Part shown: positions 1 through 9,590 of the stretch, piece after piece
How positions within the stretch are numbered: position 1 is the first letter of the stretch
Layout of the letters: the number at the start of each line of letters is the position of its first letter
Assembly (NCBI GenBank): GCA_045535815.1
Contig: JAZSMJ010000034.1
Location: 648 to 64,647, forward strand
Direction: 5' to 3'
Length of the DNA: 64,000 bases
Source of the DNA: Eubacteriales bacterium
GTDB lineage: Bacteria; Bacillota; Clostridia; Oscillospirales; CAG-272
The notes under the pieces: model-generated
What the model saw: only the letters and a program-made list of their open reading frames with translations
The model's database searches: none
What the model was told of the DNA's origin: nothing
Position numbers and translations under genes: made by a program

Positions 1-2
1 AT

Positions 3-695
3 CTGAAGCTTGAGGATTTTCTGAAAGCGAAGGATAACCCCGCGCTGCTCCCTATACAGATTGCATACTACACAGGACTTCGCATTGGCGAGGTCTGTGG
101 ACTGACTTGGCAAGACGTAAATCTTGAAAAGCAGTACCTTACGGTACGCCGCAGTATGCGCTACAACGGGTCAAGGCACAAAACCGAGATGGGGGCTACC
201 AAACGCAGGAAAGTCCGCACGGTGGACTTCTGTGACACCCTGGCAGAGATTCTGCGAACTGCCAAGCTCGAACAGCACAAAAACCGATTCAAATACGGAG
301 AACTCTTCTGCCTTAACTACTATATTGAGGTTAAGGAGAAAGACCGTACATACTACGAGGTCTATACGCTACCGAGAAATGAGAAGGTTCCCGAGGGATA
401 CAAGGAAATTTCCTTTGTATGCTTAAGGCCTGACGGAGCGTATGAATCGCCAAGCACGATCGGTATTATGTGCAAACGGGCAAGCAAAAAGGTAGAAGGT
501 CTCGAAGGGTTTCATTTCCACCAACTGCGCCATACCTTCACGAGTAATCTGCTCTCAAATGGAGCAGCGCCGAAGGATGTGCAGGAGCTTTTAGGTCACT
601 CTGATGTCAGTACCACGATGAATGTCTACGCTCACTCTACAAGAGAGGCGAAGCGTACCTCCGCAAGACTGCTCGACAAGGTAGTTAGCGGTTAG
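3..695 (+). CDS. Tyrosine recombinase / phage-type integrase, C-terminal part (5' end lies outside the window)
   Basis: Frame 3 is open from the window edge (LKLEDFLKAKDNPALLPIQIAYYTGLRIGEVCGLTWQDV = Arg box). The C-terminal catalytic box is HQLRHTFTSNLLSNGAAPKDVQELLGHSDVSTTMNVYAH. Confidence 0.9.
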   Translation: MKLEDFLKAKDNPALLPIQIAYYTGLRIGEVCGLTWQDVNLEKQYLTVRRSMRYNGSRHKTEMGATKRRKVRTVDFCDTLAEILRTAKLEQHKNRFKYGELFCLNYYIEVKEKDRTYYEVYTLPRNEKVPEGYKEISFVCLRPDGAYESPSTIGIMCKRASKKVEGLEGFHFHQLRHTFTSNLLSNGAAPKDVQELLGHSDVSTTMNVYAHSTREAKRTSARLLDKVVSG

Positions 696-968
696 ATATA
701 AAAAGTTTCCCTTATTTTCGCTCATAAGGGCAAAAACAAGGGAAAATACATAACAGTTGAGTTTGTAATTGACGAAAAAACCAGTAATATCAAGGGTTTT
801 TAGAGTGTAGGACAGTTAATGTCTAATAAATTCCAATTTATTGAACAGATGCAAGAGCGCACTTCTATACACCTCTGTAGGATATATAGTGCGGTGTGCA
901 GTTTTGCACCGCACCAAAGCCTCCCTTTACACAAGGGAGCCTTTCCTAAACCGGTACATACTACAAAT

Positions 969-1002
969 AATCCGACCTATGATGTAAACCATAGGTCGGA
1001 TT
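969..1002. repeat. Perfect 13-bp inverted repeat (AATCCGACCTATG / CATAGGTCGGATT, 8-nt loop) in the integrase-HAD spacer
   Basis: Read directly. It is one of four stem-loops in 889-1033 (889-914, 920-940, 969-1002, 1018-1033). Confidence 0.8.
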
Positions 1003-1038
1003 AACTGCTTTATGACCCCGCTCGCAAGAGCGGATCTT

Positions 1039-1647
1039 TTACATATTCAGAAGATCTGTCGGGGTAGCAATGTGCCTGCATTCAAGCTTGTCGGCAAACG
1101 GATTCCATCCGGGTGCGGCAAAGGGAATGCCTGCATCCTTTGCAGCGATAAGATCGTTTACCGTATCGCCTAAGTACAGCGTTTCATTCGGGTCAAGCTT
1201 GAGCTTCTCCAAAGCGTAAAGCAAGGGGTCGGGGGCAGGCTTGAGCCTTACCGTTTCGTCCGCGGTAACGAAAAGGTCTACGTAACGCTCAAGGGCGAAT
1301 TTTTTGAAAAACGGGTCTGCAACGTCGTGCTTGCGTGAGGTCACTATAAGTATCTTCTTTCCCCTTGCCGAAAGCTCCTTTACCGTATCGAAAACTCCGT
1401 CGTAAAGTGGTGAGTCTTCGCCGAATTTATTGTAAAGCGCTACCCAGGTGGGAAGCACCTCGTCTATGTTTTCTATTTCAAGCGCCTGCAAGACCTCGGG
1501 TGCGGAAAGAGCAAATATCTCCTCGGAATAGGTATCCTTTGGTGAGGTAGCACCGTGCATTTTCAGGGCAAGATTGAGCGAATTGTAAAATTGATCCTTT
1601 GAGTCGACCATCGTGCCGTCAACGTCAAAAATAAAGTTATTATACAT
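1039..1647 (-). CDS. HAD-superfamily hydrolase (phosphoglycolate phosphatase-like)
   Basis: N-terminal FDVDGTMVDS (DxDGT nucleophile motif), VTSRK motif II and GDTVNDLIAAKDAG motif III. Confidence 0.85.
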   Translation of the reverse strand: MYNNFIFDVDGTMVDSKDQFYNSLNLALKMHGATSPKDTYSEEIFALSAPEVLQALEIENIDEVLPTWVALYNKFGEDSPLYDGVFDTVKELSARGKKILIVTSRKHDVADPFFKKFALERYVDLFVTADETVRLKPAPDPLLYALEKLKLDPNETLYLGDTVNDLIAAKDAGIPFAAPGWNPFADKLECRHIATPTDLLNM

Positions 1648-1736
1648 CAGTATCTCCGCAGTATTGGTAAAGTCAGTAGTATTATATCACAAAACGGCGA
1701 TTAATCAAGCGGTTTTAAATATTTTAAAAAAGTATA

Positions 1737-1790
1737 TTGACAAATTTGCTCTAATGTGTTAGACTAAATGTGAGATCTAACGCATTAGAG
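1737..1790 (+). promoter_or_regulatory. SigA-type promoter (TTGACA-17-TAGACT) overlapped by a 15-bp-arm inverted repeat; candidate BlaI-family operator
   Basis: TTGACA 1737-1742, TAGACT 1760-1765. Arms CTCTAATGTGTTAGA (1749-1763) and TCTAACGCATTAGAG (1776-1790) are complementary at 14/15 positions. The site lies just upstream of the blaI-like gene. Confidence 0.6.
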
Positions 1791-1803
1791 TGGAGGATAT
1801 TAT

Positions 1804-2160
1804 ATGGAGATCCCAAAAATATTTGAAAGCGAGTACAGATTCTGCCTTGTCTTATGGGAGCACGAGCCGATAAAGAGCAGTGAGCTTGTGGCTCTTTGCA
1901 AGGAGCGTCTCGGCTGGAAGCCCACTACTACGTATACCGTAATAAAACGGCTATCCGAGCGTGGCGTTCTTAAAAATGAAAGCAGCGTCGTGCGCTCACT
2001 CGTCACCAAGGACGAGGTGCAGATATCAGAAATAGACGAGCTGGTTGAGAAAAAATTTGAAGGCTCGCTGCCTGCCTTTATCGCCGCATTTGCGCGCAGA
2101 CAGAAGCTTTCCGATAAGGAGATCGAAGAGATAATACGCATAATCGAAAAGGAGGATTAA
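1804..2160 (+). CDS. BlaI/MecI/CopY-family transcriptional repressor
   Basis: 118 aa winged-helix protein (SELVALCKERLGWKPTTTYTVIKRLSERGVL) with a C-terminal dimerisation helix. It sits directly upstream of an M56 peptidase gene. Confidence 0.85.
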   Translation: MEIPKIFESEYRFCLVLWEHEPIKSSELVALCKERLGWKPTTTYTVIKRLSERGVLKNESSVVRSLVTKDEVQISEIDELVEKKFEGSLPAFIAAFARRQKLSDKEIEEIIRIIEKED

Positions 2161-2161
2161 C

Positions 2162-4840
2162 GTGGAGGCAGTTTTTCTTTCGGTGATGAATCTGAGCATA
2201 ACCGCAAGCTATATTGCGCTGGCGGTCATGCTGATCCGTTTGGTTTTGAAAAGAGCTCCGAGGTGGATCAGCTGCGTTATGTGGGGGATGGTAGCTCTTC
2301 GCCTTATCATGCCGTTTACGCTTGAGTGCGTTTTAAGCCTTATACCGAGCAGTAAACCGCTTCCCGATGACTTTATTTATGCCGCAGAGCCTCAGATAAA
2401 CAGCGGAATACCGTACATAAACAGCATCGTTAATCCGATACTTTCGGAAAGCATGGCTCCTGCTGAGCTTGTAAGTGCAAATCCTTCTCAGCTGTGGTCG
2501 CTCACCTTTTCTATCGTGTGGGTAATCGGAATTATTATTATGCTTTCGTATGCCGTGATAAGCTATATCCGGCTTTACCGCAGAGTTTCCGATGCGGTGA
2601 AATTAAAGGATAATATATACGTGAGCGAGAAGGTCGATTCCCCCTTCGTTCTGGGGGCGATAAGACCCGGGATATATCTTCCCGTCGGTATGTCCGAAGA
2701 GGATGAGATGCAGGTGATACGGCATGAAAGATCGCATTTAAGCAGGCTCGATCATTTGTGGAAGCCACTTGGCTTTCTTCTGCTTTCGGTGCACTGGTTC
2801 AATCCGATAATGTGGGCAGCGTATATCCTTCTTTGCAGAGATATAGAATCAGCCTGCGATGAGAAGGTCATAAAGGCGATGGGAGAAGATGAAAAAAAGG
2901 CGTATTCATATGCGCTTTTGAACTGCAGTATACACCGCAGAGCCGTAACGGCCTGTCCGCTCGCCTTCGGAGAGACCGGGGTCAGATCAAGGATAAAAAG
3001 GGTCATGAATTATAAAAAACCGGCGTTTTGGCTGATAATAATTGCCGTCTGCGCTTTGGTTATACTTGCGGTATGCTTTCTTACAGATCCGCTGAGTGAA
3101 ACGCCCGAGCTTCCCGATATCACCGCTCACAGCTATGCCGTTTCAGAGGTCATTTATCAAAGCCCTGTATACAGCTTTTTTATGATAGCAGGCGAAAACA
3201 CCCCGATCTATGCCTTAACTGACGATATGGAGCTGATGATAAAGGGAGATCTTTTCCTCTCGGATGAGTGGACGGCGTTCGGCAGACTTGCCAAGGTGAA
3301 GCTCGATAAAGATAGCTTTGACGATATGTTCGTGCTCTCATCGCAAGCAGATCTCGTTCTGTCCGATGCGGTATCGGTGTGGGCAGTTGACGACGGGAAG
3401 ATAGGATATTATCTGATACGCCAGAGCAGTGGAGAGCTCTTCCTCGTGCGTACTTCACTGCACGGTGAGAAAGGAGCGGAGGCAAGATTCCTATACCGTC
3501 TCACCGAGGATATAGGCAGCGATATGGGGGTTCTTGCTGTTTCGGGAGGTAATTCGTGCGATGTGAAGGTGTATCCGAGCGGAACCGATATTTCAACTAT
3601 AGTGTCAAAGCTTTCCTCGGTAGTGATATCGCCGTCAGAGGAGGATACCGTGCCGGTTAAGCTAATGTGCGACGGGAATGAGATAATCGCATCTTACCGT
3701 ATATACGATGCTCAGACTCTTGAGCCACTTGATTTTTTCACGCCGTCCGGATTAGCACCTCAGACCTATCTTTTCACCAACGCAAAGGCAGGCTGCAGAT
3801 ATATAATTACCGCCAGCACAGATCCGATGGCAGTAGGTGGGGATATGTATTGCTTTATAGCCGTATTGCCGCAACCCGAGTATACCGAGCTGACTTATGA
3901 GGATATAGTGCTTTCCGATGATGTAAAGGATATGCCTGCGCCCGTTATCGAATACGCTTTATCCCTTGTGCTCAGCCGTGTCGAAGAGTACAACGGATTC
4001 AGCGAATCAAATAAGATAATAACGGGACATACGTATACTGTAACCGATGCGGTTATAGACAGTATCGAGCTGATGCCGACCGGAACGTCTGCTCTTGGCG
4101 AGAGCGTGAATATGTACAGGATGGTCTGCCGTCTGAAGCCGAGCCAGGCTGAAAACGTCTTTCTTGCAGGCGGTATGCTGCTTGAGGACGGATGGTTTGT
4201 TATCACAGATCCATATTTCGTTTTGCTGTGCGAGGATCTCGGCGATGATACCAGGTGGACGAGACTTGGCACGGTCGCTTCCCAGGCGCTTATAGATTAT
4301 CAGACCCCCGAAATGCTTGACAGGTACGGAAACGAATATACCGCCGCTGCAATGGAGCTGCTTTTAGCATACAGAGAAGGCGAGGGGCACTTCTTCTCTG
4401 ACGGATGGTTTGAAAGCTTTGTCGGAGAGGACGGCAGAAATTATCATATATACAAAAAGAAATGCTACGAGTGCGGATATATTTATTCCGCTCAATATAA
4501 GTGCAAAAATTACACCTCCTTATGTGAGGGTGGGTGTATCGAGCATTGGCAGGATGCCAAGCTTACGGGAGTGTACTATATGAAGGAATTTGGAGGTGTT
4601 TCAAGTCCGAGTGTGGCGCTGTTTGATGACGGAAGCTTTACCTTCAGCTATGATGAGTACCGAAACTATCACGGTCACGGGACGTATGACGTAGATAACG
4701 GTCGGCTGACCCTCAATGTAAACGGCGACGAAAACACCTATGTGTTTGACGTAAGCGGAAGCTCTTTGGTCTTCGATGCCGATGCATCATCGGATATTCC
4801 GCTTGATTCGGGTATTACCGACGGAGCGATTTTTGAATAG
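2162..4840 (+). CDS. BlaR1/M56-family membrane metalloprotease-sensor with a long unassigned extracellular C-terminal region
   Basis: GTG start 2 nt after the blaI-like stop. Multi-TM N-terminus with HERSH (HExxH) followed by LDHLWK, typical of peptidase M56. The C-terminal ~590 aa does not look like the penicillin-binding sensor domain. Confidence 0.8.
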   Translation: MEAVFLSVMNLSITASYIALAVMLIRLVLKRAPRWISCVMWGMVALRLIMPFTLECVLSLIPSSKPLPDDFIYAAEPQINSGIPYINSIVNPILSESMAPAELVSANPSQLWSLTFSIVWVIGIIIMLSYAVISYIRLYRRVSDAVKLKDNIYVSEKVDSPFVLGAIRPGIYLPVGMSEEDEMQVIRHERSHLSRLDHLWKPLGFLLLSVHWFNPIMWAAYILLCRDIESACDEKVIKAMGEDEKKAYSYALLNCSIHRRAVTACPLAFGETGVRSRIKRVMNYKKPAFWLIIIAVCALVILAVCFLTDPLSETPELPDITAHSYAVSEVIYQSPVYSFFMIAGENTPIYALTDDMELMIKGDLFLSDEWTAFGRLAKVKLDKDSFDDMFVLSSQADLVLSDAVSVWAVDDGKIGYYLIRQSSGELFLVRTSLHGEKGAEARFLYRLTEDIGSDMGVLAVSGGNSCDVKVYPSGTDISTIVSKLSSVVISPSEEDTVPVKLMCDGNEIIASYRIYDAQTLEPLDFFTPSGLAPQTYLFTNAKAGCRYIITASTDPMAVGGDMYCFIAVLPQPEYTELTYEDIVLSDDVKDMPAPVIEYALSLVLSRVEEYNGFSESNKIITGHTYTVTDAVIDSIELMPTGTSALGESVNMYRMVCRLKPSQAENVFLAGGMLLEDGWFVITDPYFVLLCEDLGDDTRWTRLGTVASQALIDYQTPEMLDRYGNEYTAAAMELLLAYREGEGHFFSDGWFESFVGEDGRNYHIYKKKCYECGYIYSAQYKCKNYTSLCEGGCIEHWQDAKLTGVYYMKEFGGVSSPSVALFDDGSFTFSYDEYRNYHGHGTYDVDNGRLTLNVNGDENTYVFDVSGSSLVFDADASSDIPLDSGITDGAIFE

Positions 4841-4845
4841 AAAAA

Positions 4846-4877
4846 ATGCAGGATGCATAGCCGTCCTGCATTTTTTG
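4846..4877 (+). terminator. Intrinsic terminator after the blaR1-like gene
   Basis: Stem ATGCAGGA/TCCTGCAT, followed by a T6 run. Confidence 0.8.
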
Positions 4878-4906
4878 TTGCAATGCGAGGGTAGATGAGG
4901 TATAAT
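4878..4906 (+). promoter_or_regulatory. SigA-type promoter TTGCAA-17-TATAAT
   Basis: TTGCAA 4878-4883, TATAAT 4901-4906, upstream of the methyltransferase gene. Confidence 0.6.
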
Positions 4907-4944
4907 AGAATAATAACTGTAATATCAGAGAGAGAGTATTTGTT

Positions 4945-5598
4945 ATGAACAATCTTGAGCGGATGAATGAATTCTTTGCGGCGAGGGTCGACGGGTATGA
5001 CGAGCATATGCTTAATGACGTAGGCGGTTGCAAAGAGGGGTATATAAAAATGGCACAGTCCTTGCCGTATACCGTGCGCACTTTGCTCGATCTCGGATGC
5101 GGCACCGGACTTGAGCTTGACGAGATATTCAAACTGCATCCCGACGTTTTCGTTACGGGTATAGATATGACAGCCGCTATGCTCGACAGGATAAAGAAAA
5201 AGCATCCGGATAAGAAATTGGAGCTTATCTGCGGAGATTATTTCAAGGTCGGATTTAGAAAGAACGGGTACGATTGCTGCGTCTCCTTTCAGACCATGCA
5301 TCATTTCGGAAGAGCGGAAAAGACTGCGCTGTATAGGAAGATATATTCTGCCATAACGGAAGGCGGTTGCTACATCGAATGCGATTATATGGCACCGACT
5401 CAGGAGGTGCAGGACTGCCTTTTTGCTGAAAATGCGCGCATCCGTGCGGAGCAAGGGATAGCCGATGGTGAATTCTATCATTTTGACACTCCGTTTACGG
5501 TCGAGAATCAGATCGAGATGCTGAAGGATGCAGGATTTAACAAGATAGAACAGATATTCAAAATTGAAAACACAGTAATGCTGATATCACACAAATGA
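4945..5598 (+). CDS. Class I SAM-dependent methyltransferase
   Basis: Motif I LLDLGCGTGLE, downstream acidic residue in VTGIDMT. Confidence 0.85.
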   Translation: MNNLERMNEFFAARVDGYDEHMLNDVGGCKEGYIKMAQSLPYTVRTLLDLGCGTGLELDEIFKLHPDVFVTGIDMTAAMLDRIKKKHPDKKLELICGDYFKVGFRKNGYDCCVSFQTMHHFGRAEKTALYRKIYSAITEGGCYIECDYMAPTQEVQDCLFAENARIRAEQGIADGEFYHFDTPFTVENQIEMLKDAGFNKIEQIFKIENTVMLISHK

Positions 5599-5608
5599 GG
5601 AATATAAT

Positions 5609-6100
5609 ATGGATAATATCAAGGTAAGAGAGTATACGATTGAGGACATTGCGCAGATGATCGATATATGGAACACCGTCGTTGAGGACGGCGTTGCCTT
5701 TCCGCAGGAGGATATGCTTGATATGGCGAGCGGTGCGGAGTTTTTTGCCTCGCAGACATATACTGCGGTAGCCGTAGACGGCGAGGGGACCGTGTGCGGT
5801 CTTTATATACTTCATCCGAACAATATCGGCAGATGCGGACACATCTGCAATGCGAGCTATGCCGTAAAAAAGGATATGAGAGGCAGACATATCGGTGAGG
5901 CTCTGGTGCTCGACTGCCTTGCAAAGGGCAGGGAATGCGGATTTTCAATTATGCAGTTTAATGCGGTCGTTGCCTCAAATATTCATGCTCGACATCTTTA
6001 CGAGAGACTCGGATTTATACAGCTCGGCATCATTCCACAGGGCTTTCGTATGAAAGACGGGAGATATGAGGATATCTGCCCCTACTATAAAAAGCTTTGA
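5609..6100 (+). CDS. GNAT-family N-acetyltransferase
   Basis: 163 aa. Acetyl-CoA motif A-like RGRHIGEAL, and C-terminal NIHARHLYERLGF typical of GNAT. Confidence 0.8.
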   Translation: MDNIKVREYTIEDIAQMIDIWNTVVEDGVAFPQEDMLDMASGAEFFASQTYTAVAVDGEGTVCGLYILHPNNIGRCGHICNASYAVKKDMRGRHIGEALVLDCLAKGRECGFSIMQFNAVVASNIHARHLYERLGFIQLGIIPQGFRMKDGRYEDICPYYKKL

Positions 6101-6199
6101 TATTTTCATTGTGTGCCTTATCAAACGCTTTTTTGTGCAAATCGGCAAAAACCGGCGTTTATTTTTGGCAAAAACTAATTTTTAAATTTATAAATGTTA

Positions 6200-6228
6200 T
6201 TGACTTTAAAATAACAGTATGATAAAAT
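6200..6228 (+). promoter_or_regulatory. SigA-type promoter TTGACT-17-TAAAAT
   Basis: TTGACT 6200-6205, TAAAAT 6223-6228, upstream of the GH2 gene. Confidence 0.55.
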
Positions 6229-6306
6229 TGGATAAGGAAATATATTCTGCAAAAGATCGGCTTTTTTAGCGGCTTTTTCAGATAAAATAAAGAAAGGAAA
6301 TACACC

Positions 6307-9300
6307 ATGAACTACAATCGTATAAATATTTCCGACGGCTGGCAGCTTGGCTGGTGTAAAGAGACCAAGCTCAACAAATGGGTGCAGAATTTCGGCGAAT
6401 GGGAGATGAAAAACGGCTCTCTCAAGGGCTGGCGCTCCAATGCTAAGATCTACGAAAATACGGCTCTTCCCGAAGAGTATATTTTTGACTGTGATTTTAC
6501 TCTCGGAACCGATAATACCTGCATTTCGTTCTCTGTCGGCTTTTCCCTTATCAGACTTGCATATTTTGCAACCTTCCTCCGTGCAAACGGAACGGGTAAC
6601 TCTGCATACTTCTTCTCCGATATGGGAGAGGGCAATATGCTCGAGGGCGTAGGCCCGGTGCTTGAGGTAGGCAAGGCTTATCACTTCAAGGCAGAGGTTA
6701 AGGGCGGAGAGGCTGAAATATTCATAGATAACGTTTCCGCAGGTAAGTTCTCTATTGAAAGACCTCACGGAGACAGAGTGCTTCTCGCTATCCACAACGG
6801 TGAAGCTTATTTCAACAACTTCAAGATAGTATCTCTTGACGGTGAGACTCTCTTTGAGGACGATTTCTCTGAGGATTCTCTTATGAGAACCGTTCCGGTT
6901 GAGCTCGGCGAGCTTGACGTTCAGGAGTGGATCCCCGCAAAGATCCCCGGCTCTGTTCACAGAGCACTCCTCGAAGCAGGCAAGATAGAAGATCCCTACG
7001 TTGATTACAACGGACCCAAGCAGCTCTGGATCGACGATCAGAGATGGGTATACAAGAAGACCTTTACAGTTCCCTCCGAGTGGAAGGGCAAGACTGTAAG
7101 ACTTGACTTTAAGGGCGTTGACTATCACGGATATTTCTGGCTGAACGGTATTCAGCTCTGCTATCACGAGGGTATGCTCGGCGGTCCCGATATAGACATT
7201 ACTCCTTACGTTGACTTTGAAGGCGAGAACGAGGTAGTCGTTTGCATTCTTCCTTGCCCCAATCCTCCCTCTCACAACGTAAGACCCTACATATTCGGCA
7301 GATGGCACTTCAATATGGACATTCTGCCCTGCGGTATCTGGAGAGGCGTTGATCTCGTTTGCCAGGAAAACCTCATTCTCTCCGATCCCCACGTTATAAC
7401 CAAGTCCATCTCCGAGGACGGAACTGCTCATCTCGAGCTTTCCGCAACCGTTGCATCCATTGCGGCATGGCCGTTTGAATGTAAGGTAAGATTCTCGGTA
7501 AGCTCTCCCGATCCCGAGGAAGCTCCCTACACCGCTGAGGTAATAACGGGCTTCTCTCAGGGCGCTATAAGAGCTAAGGTTGAAATAGATATCCCCAACG
7601 CTAAGCTTTGGTGGCCCAACGGTCTTGGCGATCAGCCTCTTTATAAGGTTGACATCACCGGAGATCTCAAGGACTTCACACGTGACAACAAGATAACAGG
7701 TCACGACGAGCTCCATTTCAACATCGGTGTTCGTACGCTCAAGATGAATCCCTCTCCCAACAAGAACGGTCAGTACAACTGGATATTCTGCGTAAACGGC
7801 AGAGAGTTCTTCGGCAAGGGCTCCAACTGGATGCCTACAGACCAGATGCTCGATTTCACTCAGGAGAAATACGACAGACTTCTCGGTCTTGCTAAGGAAG
7901 CAAACATCAATATCCTTCGTCCTTGGGGCGCAGGTCTTATCGAAACAGACGAATTCTACGAAACCTGTGACCGCCTCGGTATCTGCGTATGGCAGGAGAC
8001 CCTTATGGCGAACAACAACTACGATAAGATCGACCGCAACGTTTGGAGAGAAACTCTCATAAGCAACGTTATCAGAGTCAGAAACCATCCGTCACTCGTT
8101 ATGTGGTGCGGCGGTAACGAATTTGACGCTGACAGCATTTACAACAAGGATGTTGTTGACGATATCGAAGCTATCGTTCGTGAATTCGATCCCGAAAAGG
8201 ATTTCCACCGTGCATCTCCGTACGGCGGTGACAACCACTCCTATCAGGTAAACTGGATGGAGGGTATGTACTATCCCCGTTACACAACGGATATGTCCGT
8301 AGCAGTAACAGAGTACTCGATGGCTTCTCCGCCTGTAATGGATACTCTTAAGGCTCTCATTCCCGAGGAAGAGTTCCAGATGTGGCCACCCAACCTTCCC
8401 GACGAGGTCGGCGGATGGAATATCGAAAACTGGGGCGACCGCAAGGTCGAGCGTAAGGAAAGCGGATTCTCCATGCACGACGCTCACCTTTCCTCCATCA
8501 CAAGAATAATGTTCAATCCCATGTCTGACGTCGGAATACCGAAGAATTGGGAAGAATACGTAAGATATACGCAGACCGCTCACGGTATGCTTACACAGTT
8601 CGGTCAGGACTTCTGGAGATCCAGATGGCCTTACTGCACATGCTCTATGAGCTGGGTGTTCAACGTTGTATTCCCCTGCACCATGAGCTGGGCATACGTT
8701 GACGGACTTGGCGTTCCGAAGCGTTCATACTACTACAAGAAGCGTTCTCTTGAGCCCCTCCATATCTGTGCGGCTTATGACGATCTCTTTACAAGACCCG
8801 GCGAGAAGTTCTCTGCAAGAATTTCGGTTGTAAACGAAATGCTTGAAGAATACCCGGATGCTAAGATAATCGTTAAGCTTTATGACAGCAACTTCGACGT
8901 TCTCAAGACGGAAGAAAAGAGCAGAACCGTCTATGCCGATATGGTTACCAAGTGCGGATACTTCGATTATGAGATCGCTGCGGACGCTAAGGAAGAGTGC
9001 CTCTTCCTCGTAACAGAGCTTTATGATAAGGACGGAAACCTCCTCTCCAGAAGCCAGTATTCGTTCAGAATAGGTCAGCCCTCAAGAAGAGCTCCCTATA
9101 TCGCAAACGGTCCCTGGATAGCAGACGTCTCTAAGAATACTACAGAGCTTTCCGTTGAAGCAGTCAAGACAGGCGAGACCACCGAAAAGGGCGAGACAGT
9201 TGCTCAGGTTACTATAAAGAACTGCGGCAATAAGCCCGCATTCCAGGTCGGCATAGAAGCTCCCGGTAACGAGTACTATATGAATTACTCGGATAACTTC

Positions 9301-9411
9301 TTCTGGATGGAAGCAGGCGAAACCAGAACTGTTACAGTTAAGATAGCAAACGATAATAACAAGTTCTTCGTTAAGGCTTGGAACTCCGACGCTATCGACG
9401 TTGCGCTTTGA
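6307..9411 (+). CDS. Glycoside hydrolase family 2 (beta-mannosidase-like) with an N-terminal ~190-aa jelly-roll-like extension
   Basis: WWPNGLGDQPLY, NILRPWGAGLIETDEFYETCDRLGICVWQE and acid/base region LVMWCGGNEF resemble GH2 beta-mannosidases/exo-glucosaminidases. No signal peptide. Confidence 0.8.
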   Translation: MNYNRINISDGWQLGWCKETKLNKWVQNFGEWEMKNGSLKGWRSNAKIYENTALPEEYIFDCDFTLGTDNTCISFSVGFSLIRLAYFATFLRANGTGNSAYFFSDMGEGNMLEGVGPVLEVGKAYHFKAEVKGGEAEIFIDNVSAGKFSIERPHGDRVLLAIHNGEAYFNNFKIVSLDGETLFEDDFSEDSLMRTVPVELGELDVQEWIPAKIPGSVHRALLEAGKIEDPYVDYNGPKQLWIDDQRWVYKKTFTVPSEWKGKTVRLDFKGVDYHGYFWLNGIQLCYHEGMLGGPDIDITPYVDFEGENEVVVCILPCPNPPSHNVRPYIFGRWHFNMDILPCGIWRGVDLVCQENLILSDPHVITKSISEDGTAHLELSATVASIAAWPFECKVRFSVSSPDPEEAPYTAEVITGFSQGAIRAKVEIDIPNAKLWWPNGLGDQPLYKVDITGDLKDFTRDNKITGHDELHFNIGVRTLKMNPSPNKNGQYNWIFCVNGREFFGKGSNWMPTDQMLDFTQEKYDRLLGLAKEANINILRPWGAGLIETDEFYETCDRLGICVWQETLMANNNYDKIDRNVWRETLISNVIRVRNHPSLVMWCGGNEFDADSIYNKDVVDDIEAIVREFDPEKDFHRASPYGGDNHSYQVNWMEGMYYPRYTTDMSVAVTEYSMASPPVMDTLKALIPEEEFQMWPPNLPDEVGGWNIENWGDRKVERKESGFSMHDAHLSSITRIMFNPMSDVGIPKNWEEYVRYTQTAHGMLTQFGQDFWRSRWPYCTCSMSWVFNVVFPCTMSWAYVDGLGVPKRSYYYKKRSLEPLHICAAYDDLFTRPGEKFSARISVVNEMLEEYPDAKIIVKLYDSNFDVLKTEEKSRTVYADMVTKCGYFDYEIAADAKEECLFLVTELYDKDGNLLSRSQYSFRIGQPSRRAPYIANGPWIADVSKNTTELSVEAVKTGETTEKGETVAQVTIKNCGNKPAFQVGIEAPGNEYYMNYSDNFFWMEAGETRTVTVKIANDNNKFFVKAWNSDAIDVAL

Positions 9412-9438
9412 TTTGATTTTTAGGATAGATATATACGG

Positions 9439-9468
9439 GGGGAGCCCTTTTTGTAAAAAGGGCTCCCC
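9439..9468. repeat. Perfect palindrome GGGGAGCCCTTTTT-GT-AAAAAGGGCTCCCC
   Basis: Read directly. Member of a small family of GC-clamp/T-run/A-run palindromes (see also 9591-9623, 57648-57671, 59544-59575). Confidence 0.85.
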
Positions 9469-9532
9469 GCGTACCCCCCTCCCAAAAACTTTTGGGGCAT
9501 TTTACTGGGTTAGTACTAACACAGTGCTACAT

Positions 9533-9565
9533 AAAAAAACGGCAGTCATCGACTGCCGTTTTGTG
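9533..9565. terminator. Bidirectional intrinsic terminator between the convergent GH2 and nrdR genes
   Basis: A7 run, stem ACGGCAGTC/GACTGCCGT with a 3-nt loop, then TTTTG. Confidence 0.8.
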
Positions 9566-9590
9566 TTTATATTAAAAGTTTTTCCGGGGT

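Noticed and set aside
124-426. 100-aa ORF in another frame at the left edge.
   Set aside because: It overlaps the integrase frame, which has clear catalytic motifs. It is Arg/Ser/Thr-rich with no support.
1-1038. Calling a prophage or ICE at the left edge.
   Set aside because: Only a partial integrase is visible and no structural, replication or conjugation genes lie in the window. It is reported only as a possible element boundary.
6175-8088. 637-aa minus-strand ORF.
   Set aside because: In-register antisense shadow of the GH2 gene, whose sense translation carries unmistakable GH2 motifs.
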